A stretch of DNA of 57,690 nucleotides, counting the filler, from Sphacelaria rigidula (Eukaryota), in NCBI GenBank assembly GCA_964200075.2. It is 6 parts of 6 records of this genome, joined end to end, with 100 filler letters (N's around TTAATTAATTAA, not from the genome) between each part and the next. Parts side by side here need not be neighbours in the genome. Positions count along the whole stretch, not along the records: positions 28,899 to 38,429 come from CAXNAA020008282.1; positions 38,530 to 48,060 come from CAXNAA020008283.1; positions 48,161 to 57,690 come from CAXNAA020008284.1; 3 more parts are not named here. The stretch is one strand, 5' to 3'. The notes beneath the pieces were generated by a model, which was not told the DNA's origin, did not search any database, and saw nothing but the letters and a program-made list of their open reading frames with translations. Shown here piece by piece: positions 35,970 through 49,608 of this stretch; positions within the stretch are counted from its first letter, which is position 1; each line of letters begins with the position of its first letter. A program made the translations under genes and the position numbers.

Positions 35970-36332
35970 GGTCGCCCCTGTGGCTCAGTAGGTGACCTCG
36001 AAAACCTTGCGATAGTTGGGCCGTAGGTTCGAATCTCGGAGCGATCTGGGATTTTTTCCTCATGCCCAACAGTGGAGAGCGACTATGTCGTGGGCACACA
36101 ACATTCGACTTCAAGATTGACGAGGGAAAATGACTGCTGAACCCCTCTCGCGATAAAAATACAAGGCGAACACCGCAGGAGGAAGGTGGAGTACTAAAAA
36201 GAAAAAAGAAAAAGAAAAAACTCCTGTGTTGACCTTGTTCTTGTGTGACCCCCGCTGGTGCGCTCACATACACCGAAAAGGTCTAGCCCGGCGTCCAGAA
36301 TAAATTAGACAACACACACACACACACACACA
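35970..36332 (+). mobile_element. tRNA-derived SINE, copy 3
   Basis: tggctcagtaggt ... ggttcgaatct; (CA)n tail. Confidence 0.85.
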
Positions 36333-37052
36333 GCACACTGTGTGGTCACATGGGCTTGCGAGGTTTGGCTCGGTCGCCCGAGAAAAGAAAGGCACTTACG
36401 CCTTTGGATACACTGGGGACACCACCCGTGCCAGTCATATCAGTGCTCCGACCTGTCTGTCTCCTGCGATATTTTGTGGTATCCCTGCTTGAAGCATATA
36501 CAGCATTACTCAGTCGCTTTACCGCACGTGAAACGCGTGAACACTTTCGTGGCAGACGAACTAGAATTTTTTGGTGGAGGAACTCCTTCCTCGGGATTTT
36601 GAAAGTCGACAGAGAACAGGTGTGTACCGTACCCTGGAGAACGCGGACAGTCGAAAACCGTTTTGTGGTACTGCGGCACGCGATTCTGGTACTGGCCAAG
36701 CCAATTAAACGCTAAGTTATCAAAGAGTATTCTAGATACTTGTAGGGCTCCATCGGAAATACATTAACTTTACTTGAAACTTGCATCCACGTGCAGCACA
36801 GATCCATCGGTATTCCGTACAACGTTCTGAACGAGAGCACTACACACCCGGTTCCCTTTCGATTACAGTACACCATTTGTTTGCTGTTCGTTCACTATAC
36901 TCTTCCAACTTGGGAAGCGAGGGCCACCGTTGTATGCAACATCGCTTGTTTTCAACGTTCTCGATTTTGATTTTTTTTCCATGACGACCTCAGGCCGTCA
37001 CGGCGGAGACAGATATTTGAGTTGGAAAAAAGGTATAAAATCCAAAGAAAAG

Positions 37053-37245
37053 CTGTATGGTTTCACACCCTGGACAACATTTGGTCGTTAGATGCAATAG
37101 ACGAGAAGTGTACTGCTTAAATTATAGGCATATTGCAACTATTGCCGGCCGACAATAGTCGCAATAGGCCTATACTTTATGCAGTATGTTTCTCGTCTAT
37201 TGCAACAATTGACCATATATTGTCGAAGGTGTGTATCGTTTACAG
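37053..37245. repeat. Loopless ~190-bp imperfect palindrome
   Basis: tgcaatagacgagaa / ttctcgtctattgca; centre actattgccggccgacaatagt. Confidence 0.8.
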
Positions 37246-38429
37246 TCATAGGCGCCTAACGTGATACCGACGCGTTTCTGTGGTTGGGGTTCAATTCATG
37301 TACACGCCTGCCTACTGTACCCTTTCTGTACGTGTCCACCATCTACCATTCGTATTCCCAGTGAAAGCTGTGCATGCTGGGGCGAGGCTGGGTGCTGGGG
37401 AGCACTTGATCAAGGCCCTTCACGCGCTTCTTCCCGCCGCAACTCCGGAGTTGAGCGCCGCTGAGAACAGCATGGTGTAGGGGTCTGACATCAAGTTAAA
37501 CTATAACACGTTCGCCGAGATTGGGTCGCAGCCGCACCCATTCATCGAATCTGCCGTGGAGAAGATGTTTGGACTTGATCAGCCTAACGAGGCTGACCAC
37601 GGAAAGGAGTGTAAAAAAGCTGACACCGACTTGCCTACCTGTCGCTAGCTTTGGGGAGTCAACTTGAACTGCCACGAGCAGGACGACTAAAAAAAAAGTC
37701 GAAATACAGGAGCTCTCCGAACAATATGACGCCAGACAGGTTTAGTTTTTGCGCGGCCTTGTTGAGCGAGCTCGATAATTCGCACCTCGATCGCCGGTGC
37801 ATGGAAAAGATGCGACCGACGTGGGATGGTCATGATTACGACAGCCGGGTCTGCATTGCACAGATGTGAGAGTGTGGTAGGAGCTTTCGCAGTAGATCCC
37901 TGGTGGGGACATTTGACGTTCTGGGGCGGCTCATCATCTCGGACCTTCCCGCTTGAGCTGGATTTCCTCACCGATGATGACATGGTCGGAACTATCGTGT
38001 ATTAGAGTGACCCCGTGTCATCGGTAACGATTGAGGGTTCTCGCGGTTGGGTACCGCAGCAGTCACCTGGTCTTCTTGTGCCGTACCGCTGTATCGGAGG
38101 TGCGAATATCGTGGGTCATAGCAGTACCGTGTCAAGTCTCCCACGTCTCAAAATCTGTGCGGAAGACGACCTACCGAATACCGTGTCATTCGAAAGTCGT
38201 CATCGACAAATCTATTTACGGACGAGTTCCTTGGAGAGTACAACGGCGTCACTTCTGTCACCATGAGGGGTTGATATACACCGTGATATCTTATTTATTA
38301 ATAGCGTAATGTCGCTGGCTCCCACACTGCCAACCAGTGCGAGGGTGTCCGTTTTACCCATACTGTAGCCAAGACACAAATGATCCTTTTCGGAACAGTA
38401 CTTTGTACCAGACTCAGACTGAAGAGGAC

Positions 38430-38529
38430 NNNNNNNNNNNNNNNNNNNNNNNNNNNNNNNNNNNNNNNNNNNNTTAATTAATTAANNNNNNNNNNNNNNN
38501 NNNNNNNNNNNNNNNNNNNNNNNNNNNNN
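38430..38529. other. Artificial scaffold spacer
   Basis: Same 100-nt spacer. Confidence 0.97.
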
Positions 38530-38530
38530 A

Positions 38531-39242
38531 TCCGTTGCTTGAACCAACCATCGATGATGCGACAATCGCCCGTTGGTGGCGGAAGAGCCTAGCTTGACCC
38601 TGACACCAGCCCCGAGGTCGCAAAAGTACAACAATGTTCCACAACCCACCGACCGATCACAAGAGATAGATGCGCTGTACGCAGTTGTGAGTCCACATAT
38701 TGTGTCGATAGACGTGATGGGTGTGTTGACCGCGAGGGTAGTTCATCTGGAACATGCATACCTTTTTCAAGTGAAGTTGATGCCGATTCAACAGATGACC
38801 TTTTCTCATCCAAAGGTTCACCGTTGAGCTACAAATGTTCATGGTTGATATTACTTGGTATGAGTGTAACCACCGAGAATCGGATCTTTAGTAGGGCTGA
38901 CAGTCCCGTGTGCTCCTCGCATGCGCAAAACGCGGATTTGTTAAAACCGACGCCATAGGCACCGATTTGGGGTCTACCGAGGCCGCACTTTGCCAAGAGA
39001 GTGCTATGTACCGCCCTTGCCCGAGGATTGTTGGTATGCTTGGGGTTGGGTTTAGGGTTAGGCATCGACACAAAATATGGACTCAGAACTGCTTACAGCA
39101 CATCTATCTCTTGTGATCGGTCGGTGGGTTGTGGAACATTGTTGTACTTTTGCGACCTCGGGGCTGGTGTCAGGGTCAAGCTAGGCTCTTCCGCCACCAA
39201 CGGGCGATTGTCGCATAATCGATGGTTGGTTCAAGCAACGGA
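38531..39242. mobile_element. Non-autonomous element with ~180-bp near-identical TIRs
   Basis: 38531-38709 is the reverse complement of 39064-39242 with few mismatches. Confidence 0.8.
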
Positions 39243-39699
39243 CAGAGTACTGGTCGTCATGCATAGAGAGCTAGGGACAGAGCAGTAATAGCGGAGAGAC
39301 TCGGGAACCATTTCCGGGGAGAAGGGGGCGTGGTCGTTGTGGCGTCCGTGAACGGCAAATGAGCGGGAAAAGAGCCCAAGGTGTGGGCGCCATGGTTGGA
39401 ATTGGCGCGTAGACTTCCTTGCGCGCGATGTGCCGCATCAGGTACAGTTTAGAGAGCGATGGCCTAGCTCAGGCACGGTTGAAAAATAATTCCTAGATTC
39501 AAGTATACCTGGGCGAAATTTGGCGTACAAAAGGTGAGCGGTTTCTGGAGGCGAGACGTCCGTTTTCGCGTGGCCATATTTCTCGAGTAATATGTTTTTT
39601 TCCCGTTTGTTTTCGAGTCCCTGGTGCCAATGGCCCCAATGGCCCCCCTGAATGATGTACGTGAAAAATTTGGAGCGAAAACGGTCAAAATGGCGTGTT

Positions 39700-39981
39700 T
39701 GACTGTTTTCGCGGGTCTGGCTATTTTTCGTACCTTTCTTGGGCAAAAAACGAGGAGGTATACTTTTTCTAGGCCATTGCTCCAATAATTTGTTCGGCCA
39801 AAATGAAATCTGCGGCCACCGGAAAACGGGAAGATGTCCTGGAACCACCTCATTTAGTAGAGCAAGTCGTTCGAAGGTGTCGAACTCCGCCTGGCTCTCT
39901 TTTGGGGCGTAAAACGACGTTGAAGCTCCAGAAAGGCACTTTTCCAGAATTTTCATTCTTGTCTGTTGTAAGGAGCGGCCT
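39700..39981. mobile_element. Tourist-like MITE family A, right arm
   Basis: Matches ~1440-1632 (accggaaaacgggaagatgtcct...taaggagcggcc) followed by TAA. Confidence 0.75.
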
Positions 39982-40610
39982 AATGGCGTACAAAGGTTAT
40001 TGGATATAGTCCGTATATCGTTGTGCTCCTCTCACGAGCCCTGTACAAGTGTTGACACCAAAAAAGAAGGGTCCTATACTTAAATCAAGCTGTGCACATC
40101 AATGTAAAGTTACCCCACGAGCTGGGCCAGCCTAGAAACGGCTTTAAGCTGTCAGAGCAATATCTCATCGATATAGACGAGTTAGACCGTGATCCGCCTA
40201 TCGTATTGATTGTCTAATAAAGGGGAACGTGTCCATCTGCTCAAAAGTTTGGAGCAATATCTTCTCGTTGATTAAACTCCATATTTACTAATTTCTATAC
40301 CGTATGGAGATGGAGAACCACAGTGGTATGCTGAATAAAAAGAAAATGGGCCTTCATTTTTTGTGGGGGGGGGGGGAAAGGTTTGGGGCGTTCTCGAAGA
40401 AATGGTCGTTACCATACTAAAACGCCCTAAACCAGTGAAAATAGTGGACAAATATCAACCTAACCCATTTTTGCTTGGTTCATCATGACCTGGTGAGGTC
40501 CCGCACAAAATTTCAATACACAAATACCAAACGTGGGCCGGTAACCGACCTGAAAAATACTGTTTTTCAACCGGCCCGTTTTTCAAAAGCTCATTCACAA
40601 TTTATTACTT

Positions 40611-40828
40611 AGAGGTTGACACTGAAAATTGGTATGGACAACGTATAGGGCATGAAAAAAATATCACCCATGGTCCCGAAGATTTTGGTTCGTCGTGAGT
40701 CAAAGGCAGTACTCATCATCGGTTCTAGTGAGATGCCGCTAAATCACGAAAACAAATCTTTGGGACCATGGGTAATATTTCCTTCATGCCCTATTGATTG
40801 TCTATATCAATTTTCAGTGTCCGACTCT
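40611..40828. repeat. Foldback, ~75-bp arms
   Basis: gacactgaaaattg / caattttcagtgtc; acccatggtccc / gggaccatgggt. Confidence 0.75.
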
Positions 40829-41774
40829 GAGTATCAAATCGCGAGGTGGCCTGCAAACTCCAAATTCGCTTATAATCAGGCCCAGCTCGTAAGGACGCGG
40901 AGTCATATGCATACTCGGTGTTAGGGTTGTACACCAACTTCAAAATCGCGTTGATTTGACTCTTTGATTATTCTCCGAAAAATTGTTTGAATAATCATCA
41001 TTCTTTTAATATAATCAACTAGGGTTGATGAGTTGAGTATTATCAATTCTCATGGTTAGTTGATAATATTCCAAGTGTCAGCAGCAAATAAGCCTGGATG
41101 AGTTAATATTTCATGGTGACTCGGCTCACTGCACATGCGCACGCCAGCAAAAAAACTGTGTATTACTGCAGCCGTATCAGCAGACACCACCCGTTACGTA
41201 ATAGTAAGACGTTCACTCAATACATCATCACCAATCCACCTGTGTGATGCTGAAACAATCCTCATTATTGAACATGACGATATAGAGTACGTCACCTTGC
41301 GGGTGCGACGGATGAGCAGGTAAGGTACCGTCCTTTTCATTACCCATAAACGGTCATCCAAGGTAAAACGACCGTCTACCACCCTTCAACACTTTTTCAA
41401 CCCGGTCCGAGCGACGATTGCCTTGTCGGTCATTAGCGATGATATACTCGCTTGGGACGGCATGATCAGATGTGGTCTCTTTCCAAACCCACGGAGCATC
41501 TCCTTGTATCAACTTGCGCGTAACCCTGGGTGTACTGCTCTACTGCTGTGCTGTGTAGCGTGCTGTCTATTGTGCGCTGCATCCGCTATGTGTGGACAAT
41601 GATGTGTGGATCCACTCTAGCCGTGTATCGTTGTCTTGAGTAGATCCATCCTTTGCTCGCGCGCGTGACAGGCAAAAAACTGGACAAAATGGACAGGCGC
41701 AAACGCCTTTTGCATTCCCAAAAATAGTCAACTAATCATGATTCTTTATTATAATCGAATCAGGCACCGTAGCC

Positions 41775-42143
41775 GGTCGCCCTGGTGGCTCACTTGCTAA
41801 CCTCGGAACCTTTTGACGGTTGGCCCGTAGGTTCAATTCTCGGAGCGATCAGGATTTTTTTCTCACATCATGCCCAACACTGAAGAGCGACCAAGTCGTG
41901 GATACACAAAATTCGACTCAACGGTTGACGAGGGAAAGGGACCGTTGAACCCCTCTCGCGATAAAAAAATAAAGGCAAGCACCGCAAAAGCCAGGTGGGG
42001 TACCAAAATCAACTAAAAAAAAAAAAACTCATATGTTCATCTTCCGCATGTGTGACCCCGGCTGATACACCCACATGCACCGAAAGGTGCAGACTGGCGT
42101 TCAGAATAGATGGGACGACAATACACAAACACACACAACACAC
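41775..42143 (+). mobile_element. tRNA-derived SINE, copy 4
   Basis: tggctcacttgcta ... ggttcaattct; CA-rich tail. Confidence 0.85.
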
Positions 42144-42520
42144 CGTGGGTAAGGTAGGTTCCCGGTAACGGTAATTGGGACATCTCAAACCCTACCGATA
42201 CCGGTCCGATCGGGTATTTTCAAATGTCATATCTACAATACCACGGTAACCCAAGATGTCAATACCTACCGTACCCGCTGGATCAGGTATTTCGAAAACC
42301 CATACCTACGATACCTACGATACCACGGTATTTCGAAATTTCAATACCCACCGTACCCGTCCAATCGGGTTTTCTCAAAACTCATACCTACGATACCTAC
42401 GATGCCACGGTATTTCGAGATTCCAATACCTACCGTACCCGCTCAACCGGGTATTTTCAAAACTCATACATACGATACCCAGCGCACACTACGGAATGGG
42501 ATACCCCGGTAAATACCGGA
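42144..42520 (+). mobile_element. Family S satellite module, standalone
   Basis: Three ~75-80-bp catacctacgata units; ends ataccccggtaaataccgg. Confidence 0.75.
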
Positions 42521-42994
42521 CGCGATGCACTTCCCACGGTGCAGCAGCTGGTCCCAATTCACGCAAAGGGCAGAAGTTGTCGGAGCAGGTAAGTCTTCTT
42601 TTCAGAAGTAATATATACCCAACTTCCCCCTGATTTTCGTGTTTGGATCAGTTCGAATAAACTTATCATTATGTAGTTTTAAGTGCGGTCGAATTCTTTT
42701 TCTCGATCTGACAGGCTTGCCACATTTCTGTTCTTAGAAGGCTTCAACTCAAACTTGTATTAAGTGGCGCGCGGAGAAAACTACGAAACAAAAACACTGA
42801 GCTTTTTCGATCGAAAACAAACGGTCGAAAGGCACGAAGCAACACTTCACTCCTATCTTACAGACCATCACGCCAGATAACACCCGTTCACAGAACCATG
42901 CTAACTCCATCCAACTCATTCTAAGCTACTGTACCACGGCAACCCTGCAGCTCGAATATGAGTTGAACACCGGGATAGATACCCTGCAGTTATT

Positions 42995-44109
42995 GGGTAT
43001 GTTTTCTTTACTTTTTGTTGGTGAAAACTTGCAAGGGTACGTGAGTAGAGTATACTCAATTGCAGGGTATTTTGAAAGTCGTACACAAATTGGGGGTAGA
43101 ATTTCAGGAATCGCTTCCTGGCTATTTTTTGGGTACGACTCCCAACACTCTACCCTAACTTGAGTACCCCAAGTACGTCTTTCAAAATACCCCGCAATTC
43201 AGTATACTCTACTCGACCTGCCCTTGAAAACTTGCATATCTTCTTTCATGGTAGGATGAGCGGCGGAACTGCGGGGTACGGTGGGCAACCGAGTTTCGCA
43301 CACGCTTATGAACAGGGCAGGCAGTACAAAGCTGCACGATGTTGAAGTCCTTTTCACGTCGCATTGTGAGCAGAGAGAACTGAAAGTCCTGGGCCGTCTG
43401 CACTGCACGTCGCCCGCTCCTCAACTGTACGAAACACGCACACAGACACTCAAGACACTGCTTGCAAGCAGTGCAGCCAGTACAGACTGTCTGTACTGTA
43501 CACGAGTGACCATGTACCGTTTAACTAATTCCACTGTCTTTTTTCGATCAAAAACTTGAAGTTCGCTTGGACCCAACTTCAGAAAATCGAGCGATTTTTC
43601 GCTCAAATCAGTTCTGCTGCCCCATTTTTTCGATCGAAGAAACAAGTGCTGAGACACGCCCTGGAACGCTTCTCCGCACTCTAGATGACAGTTTTGAAAC
43701 CGGTATAGAGGGTGAGGCAGGTACTCGGTACTGGTATTTGGGACATCTCATACCCTACCGATACCGACCATATCGGGCATTTTCAAATGTCATACCTACG
43801 ACACCTACGATACCACGGTATTTCGAGATACCAGCACTTACCGTATCCGCCCAGTCGGGGATTTTCAAATGCCATACCCACGATACCACAGTATTTTGAG
43901 ATACCAGTACCTACCGTACCCGCTCAGTCAGGTTTTTTCGGAATTCATACCTACGATACCTACGATACCTACGATACCACGGTATTTCGATATTCAAGTA
44001 CCTACACTTCGAAAGTCATACCTACGATACCCACGCATACCACGGTATGGGATACCCCGGTAAATACCGGGGGTATGCTCGGTACGGTACCTTACCTACG
44101 CTTCCCGTG
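42995..44109 (+). mobile_element. Family S element containing a hAT MITE insertion
   Basis: Homologous to the reverse complement of 8745-9533; three satellite units at ~43790-44015. Confidence 0.8.
43032..43226. mobile_element. hAT-type MITE family H
   Basis: caaggg...cccttg with perfect TSD AAAACTTG at 43024-43031 and 43227-43234. Confidence 0.9.
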
Positions 44110-45094
44110 AAATAATCAACACAAAGTTTATTTGATTACTATTAATGATCAAACCAACCTTTGATCAAAAACTGACCCTTCATCATTGGGTCGTGTACAA
44201 CCCCACCCGGTGTTAAGTTGGCACCGAGTCGTTTGAAATGACGGCACGGAGAAGCTCGAAGGGGGTGTTATGCCCCGTATATAGTCGACTCACCGTTGGT
44301 CGCCTGTCGCTTTCTACAGCTATTGCTGTTGAGAGTGTGGTTGAGGGTAGAACATCTTTTCTAGATGCTGGCTTCAGTGTTTCAACGACACAAGTGTGGC
44401 TAAGATGGAGTTCCTCGCATTACATGAGTGTTACCAATGACTATTCCTCATAATCGTACGTACAGCGTGCGATCTTTTTGTAAGCCGTACTGTATGCTTT
44501 GTACATGCGAGTGCAAAGGTCGTCCGTTAACGCTCTCTGGCATCGCACATGTTTCATGCTGCGTAACCTGTTTCATGGTTATTCGGTGTCGAAAGTTGAA
44601 TCCAGCGGCCGCTATCAGAACCTGCCCACTCACCGTGCGTAAAGTTCCTTTCGTTCCCAATGTAGCCTCCAATTATATTCGCAGCCTACACACGACTTGC
44701 GGTGCTGCGCTATATGATGGCGCAGCAAACTGTTGTTTTATTAAATGACACACGCACTATTAAATGACCTGAGATCAGTCTTTCAGACCTGCATTCAAAG
44801 ACTTTTCCAAGAAAGTCTAAGACAAAAACACATGGCAAGCATCACAATGATACTCTAGTCGGGGCCACCTCAATACAATGGAAAGCTGAAGCCAGTGGTT
44901 TTCGTCGCCGAAAGAAATACTAGATTGAACACGAAAAATCCGGATGCATACACACCTTGCACAATGCACGGTATATTGTACTCTTACATGGAAAATAACA
45001 AGGGGTACAGCCAATGGAATGGTAGTTAACGGAACGGTGTGATATCCCTGGCACGAGAGTAACAGTGGAGGCAGCGCTCGCCAAACGACGGGAG

Positions 45095-45362
45095 GCACGC
45101 TGACTGATGAAGCATCGCCGGAATCCAGCATCGTGGAAAGCACTCAGAGACGCATGTAAGAACGTGCATACAGCAATAGACGACGGCATCCATGCACATC
45201 TGGAGAGGTATGTGGCAAGGCTAGATAGAAGCGATCTACAAGGATCGCGACATGAGAGGCCTGTACAAACACCTCGAGAGATCGGTGGGTCTTGGTAAAA
45301 GACAATCCAAGGGGCAGCAGTTCGTGAAGGGCGAGAACGGCGTCCTATTGAGGAACAAAATT
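45095..45362 (+). mobile_element. LINE ORF2 fragment (endonuclease-RT linker)
   Basis: WKALRDACKNVHTAIDDGIHAHLERY.../RGLYKHLERSVGL...FVKGENGVLLRNK resembles RTE-type ORF2 linker; frameshifted. Confidence 0.6.
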
Positions 45363-45810
45363 GCCATCCTTCCTCCTATTTCCGTACCCGGCGTGATTCT
45401 CGTGTCGCTGACGTCTTTGTTGAAATCTATCGCATCTTTTCTACGTCCGCTCATCAGGCGTAAACGTGCGTTTTTACCCCCAAGGCCTCGCTAAGGCAGT
45501 GGTTCAGACAAGCTCATGAGAGGAGCCGGCCGATCTTTGTCGAAAAACAAACCCGACCACGTGACGCGCGCCAATTGATGGCCAGATTCACGATAAATAT
45601 GCCAAGTAAAAGCTAAGGCGTTGCACCGCCAGAGGTACATAAGTGTGTCTCAGTGAGTTGTACGGTGACGAGGCCTTGAACATGCTCTCTCGCAACCGGC
45701 ATCAACCTATAGCGGACTGCCTAAAACAATGTTTTCGTGAGATTGAGAGTAGATGATACGATTGAGAGTAAGCTTTGGATGGCTATCAGCGGCGGAGAGT
45801 CTCTGCATCA

Positions 45811-47270
45811 TTAATGGACAAAACGCTTACCTCGCACATTGGTGCAAAATCCTGCCGGTAAGTCCAACAGTGTTTCCGTGAAATCGAGCGTTGAAAGTAC
45901 GATCGAGAGTGAGGTTTTTTCATAACTGTCTCGCTGCGCCGGTTCCGATGATGAGACGAAAAGTTTACCAGGTGTAGCATGTTGGCAACATTCACGCCAC
46001 CCGTTGCCTGAATGGAATGGCAGAATAATGTTGGACAATGTTGCGCGCTGGCCCACAGGCGCGCATTTGTGGAAGAATGCACCGTTCAAGAGGTCTCCAG
46101 AGTAGGGAGTCGTGCGGTTCGAGTATAAGATACGATTTAGCCAGGTTGTGCCCGAATTCATTCGCAATTGCGGTTGATGCCACCATTCGTGTGGACTAGG
46201 GGCTCGTGGATATCTTGAGATCACGTTCATGTTCAAAACTTTGGCCGCGGTTTCCGTCGTTGTTTTTGAAAGCGCAAGTCATCGCGTGTGATATGACTGC
46301 TGATATCCCGCCTTTTCGTGCCGAGAAAAGTCGCGAAACGTGGTGGGACCCTGGATTTTCTGTTCCATCATCTCACCCCCGATGGCAGCGGATCATGACA
46401 AATTCTCTTGCACGAAGCCAATGAAGCGCCTCCCGTCTATGAGCTGCAGCAAATCGATTTTGCCAGTGACTCTCGCCAACCGCATCAGATTTCCGAAAAT
46501 GCACTCGAAACATGAGCCGACGGAATCATCAAGAATAGCTCATGACCCATCAACACGGGAAAACAAATCCTACCGCATCAACAAATCAGCTGCAAAACAC
46601 CGGGAGCACTTGGAACTGGCTAACCAAAGCAAAAACACCATGCTGTGCTGAACAGCAATCAACGGTACAACGAACACCGGATCCTGGGTCTCGGTAGGCT
46701 CCAAGACCACCGCTACCCCATCCGTGCCCTCCCCTTTGAGGGACAGTACGTGGCGTACACAAATCGCCAACTCTGCGCAATTTGATGTCACGCCGAGCAT
46801 CGACACATAAAAGAGATGCGTCTTGCACGTCTTGTGCATGATCCTGCGAAAATTATTGATCGGGGGCAGCGGCGAAGGGTACGGGGGATCGCAGAGGTTA
46901 ATAGGGCAGGTTACAGTCGATAAATCGGGTGCTTCAGTACAGTTGGGCGAATTTCAACAACTTCAAATTAGAAACTGGCGCAAACATGACGTCCTTTTGT
47001 CCCGTGTGGGGATGATGCTTCCAAACGTATCAATTTACTTGGCACCACGCGAGGACGGTATCGACACATTCAACACTAGGCGGGTACTCACGATCGAAAA
47101 GACTTGGACTCATCATGCCGAGCAGCTGGGCACTCTAGACTCCGGCGACATTAGACACGACATCCTCCAAGGCCTTGTCGAGCTCGAACGTGTCTCCGCC
47201 GGGGAGGTTCGTCTGGTTCGTGGAAAGGGTGCCTGCGACAGCGGGGAAAACGAGACGGTGCGCATCAGGT
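45811..47270 (-). pseudogene. Decayed intronless ORF of unknown family
   Basis: Protein-like segments run across frames for ~1.45 kb with scattered stops. Confidence 0.4.
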
Positions 47271-48060
47271 AGGGGTGGTGCACTCTCTGGGATATCCGTC
47301 ATCATTTGCGATACACACCAATTATTTTCTAGTATGAACAGGAGTGCTAAAAAAACATGCGAGGCCCTATGCCGGTATTTTCAATCCTCGGTGTTTCCGG
47401 GGGGGGGGGGGAATTACACCCACTTTCATGGACACGGATTTGGACCAAGTCGGGGCCAAAAAAGTCGGGGGTCCCGATCTCAAAACGATTTCCCCCGATT
47501 TTTGCAGGAAAATCGTTCCGAGATCGTGACTCCACCGATTTTTCTGAGGTGACGTACGTGCATTGACGTACACTCCCGGAGTACAAGGCGTTTGATATTT
47601 TTGCAACGGCAGCAGAACACAGTCTCGTGACAGCACAGGGCGTGCGTACTGCCGCCCCAGCTGCTGAAGCAACTTCGCACGGGGTTTGACAAGCGGATGA
47701 TAAGTGCTGACGCCATACCCTACGGCGAGAGTAATATTTTATACTGCGCTGCGCTGCCATATGTATCACTATAACGAACGCTACTGCACTCTCCTAGCTA
47801 CTGTCGCTGTGCTTGACGGTTGATGTGCGGCACTGCACTTTTGAACTCTGCTCGCGCACTATTTGTTCTCTGTTCTCGCAATACCGACTGTACCATCATG
47901 TACCACCACAAGGCATCATCATGTACTGTACTGATGTAAGTGTCCCACACTGTATGACCCTAGGGTATCAAGGTACGACACTGCACTCGGAGGATTGTTT
48001 GATTGTTTACCGCCTGCCTGCTCTCCGGCTTCATGCACGAGGACGCAGTACGACACTCAT

Positions 48061-48160
48061 NNNNNNNNNNNNNNNNNNNNNNNNNNNNNNNNNNNNNNNN
48101 NNNNTTAATTAATTAANNNNNNNNNNNNNNNNNNNNNNNNNNNNNNNNNNNNNNNNNNNN
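48061..48160. other. Artificial scaffold spacer
   Basis: Same 100-nt spacer. Confidence 0.97.
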
Positions 48161-48339
48161 AGGGGTTCAGCAGACCCTTTCCCTCGTCGACCGTTGAGTC
48201 GAATTTTGTGTACCCACGACATAGTCGCTCTCCACTGTTGGGCATGGTGTGAGAAAAATTCCAGATGGCTCCGAGATTCGAACCCACGATCCAACCGTCA
48301 AAAGGTTTCGAGGTTACCGACGGAGCCACCGGGGCGACC
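48161..48339 (-). mobile_element. tRNA-derived SINE, copy 5 (cut by scaffold end)
   Basis: Minus strand reads ggtcgccccggtggctccgtcggtaacctcg...gggttcgaatctcggagc. Confidence 0.85.
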
Positions 48340-49155
48340 GTAAATACTGGCTGTTTCCACTGTAGCTAGAGGTAAACCGGAAATGGCGACGAGAGCGCCA
48401 GCTGTCCAGTTTATCTGGGGGTTTGTAATGACCGGGCATTTTAATTATGGTTTTACTATGGTCAGTTTATACCAAAGAAACACTGTATACAACTAGGCTG
48501 TACGATTGAAGTCTGCACTCTACAGCAATACAGGTACCACACACTTCGTTGGTACCTCGTTGTTCTGCAGTTTTCCATCTATCGACCATAGCGGGCAGGT
48601 CGACGGTTCGTCAGTCGAATGAGGAAAATGAAGAAATAAAGAAGAAATTTGACTTATTTACGGTGGGACGCTTGACGCGGAAGTGCCGAACGCCAAACCC
48701 CCATTGCCGATAGCATGATGAAGAGCGTTCTGAACATGATGCAGTACATGCACACTACACCTCGAAGGGATGCAGCAGATATATACCTCATCCGAAAAAA
48801 CAAAACAAACGGCGACCCGCGATCACAAAACACACAATCATTCAATTCAACGACAGGCGTGTTTTTCGGTTCGGACGTGGAGAATTTTGCGCCCTTGTCC
48901 CCGGGTACGGCCAGCCTTGGCTTGCTTGTTCCCATCCTCCGCTCCTCACGGAGAGTCTCTGCTGCTGCATACTACAGCTGTATTATTTTCGAATCGCTCA
49001 CCACGTTGATTGACAGTTTCGAGCAGTACAAGCCCCTTAACTGGTGGATGTGAGTGGTCAAATGTATTACAACTATTCACGACCTTTTAAGAGGAAGTAA
49101 GTCAAACACAGTGATTTCTTTGCCTCGGGTGGCGCTCCCGGGAGGCCCCCCTCAC

Positions 49156-49608
49156 TGTTGGAATATTCAATGTTAGTCATTGGTAACGGCTACTATCTAT
49201 CGTAGGTTATCGTAAACAAGTCAGAAATCAGTTGAGTGTTCCAGAAACAGTCTGCGGTATATTCTGCGGTACATTATGTTTTCAGAACAAGTTATCGGGG
49301 GATTAATCGGGAGTTATCGGTTGTAATATCCCGCGAGCGTTCTAGACGTGTGGAAGCTGTGGAAGTTCATTAGCTGATCGGTAGGCTCGCACACTTGGTG
49401 CTCGCCCACCTGATCATTCTTCTACTACGTTTCTTCTCATACTCTTCTCTTCCATGAGTCAGAGTCTTATTCGGCCACATAAGCGCCAAGTTCAACATCT
49501 CTATTCTCAAGTGAAGTGACTTAACCGTCACTCTCTGCACCTCTGCATAAACTGCAGAAGACAGTTGCCACATCGGCACACCATCAAGAGTGAAGCCACA
49601 TTTCTTCA
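49156..49608 (+). repeat. Probable 5' LTR of the copia element
   Basis: TGTTGGAATA...CA directly followed by the PBS; left boundary less certain. Confidence 0.6.

Noticed and set aside
42200..42480. CRISPR-like array
   Set aside because: Whole units are homologous with no unique spacers, and no cas genes are present; it is a satellite.
8745..44109. Giant inverted repeat bounding a 35-kb element
   Set aside because: The two copies lie on different concatenated scaffolds.
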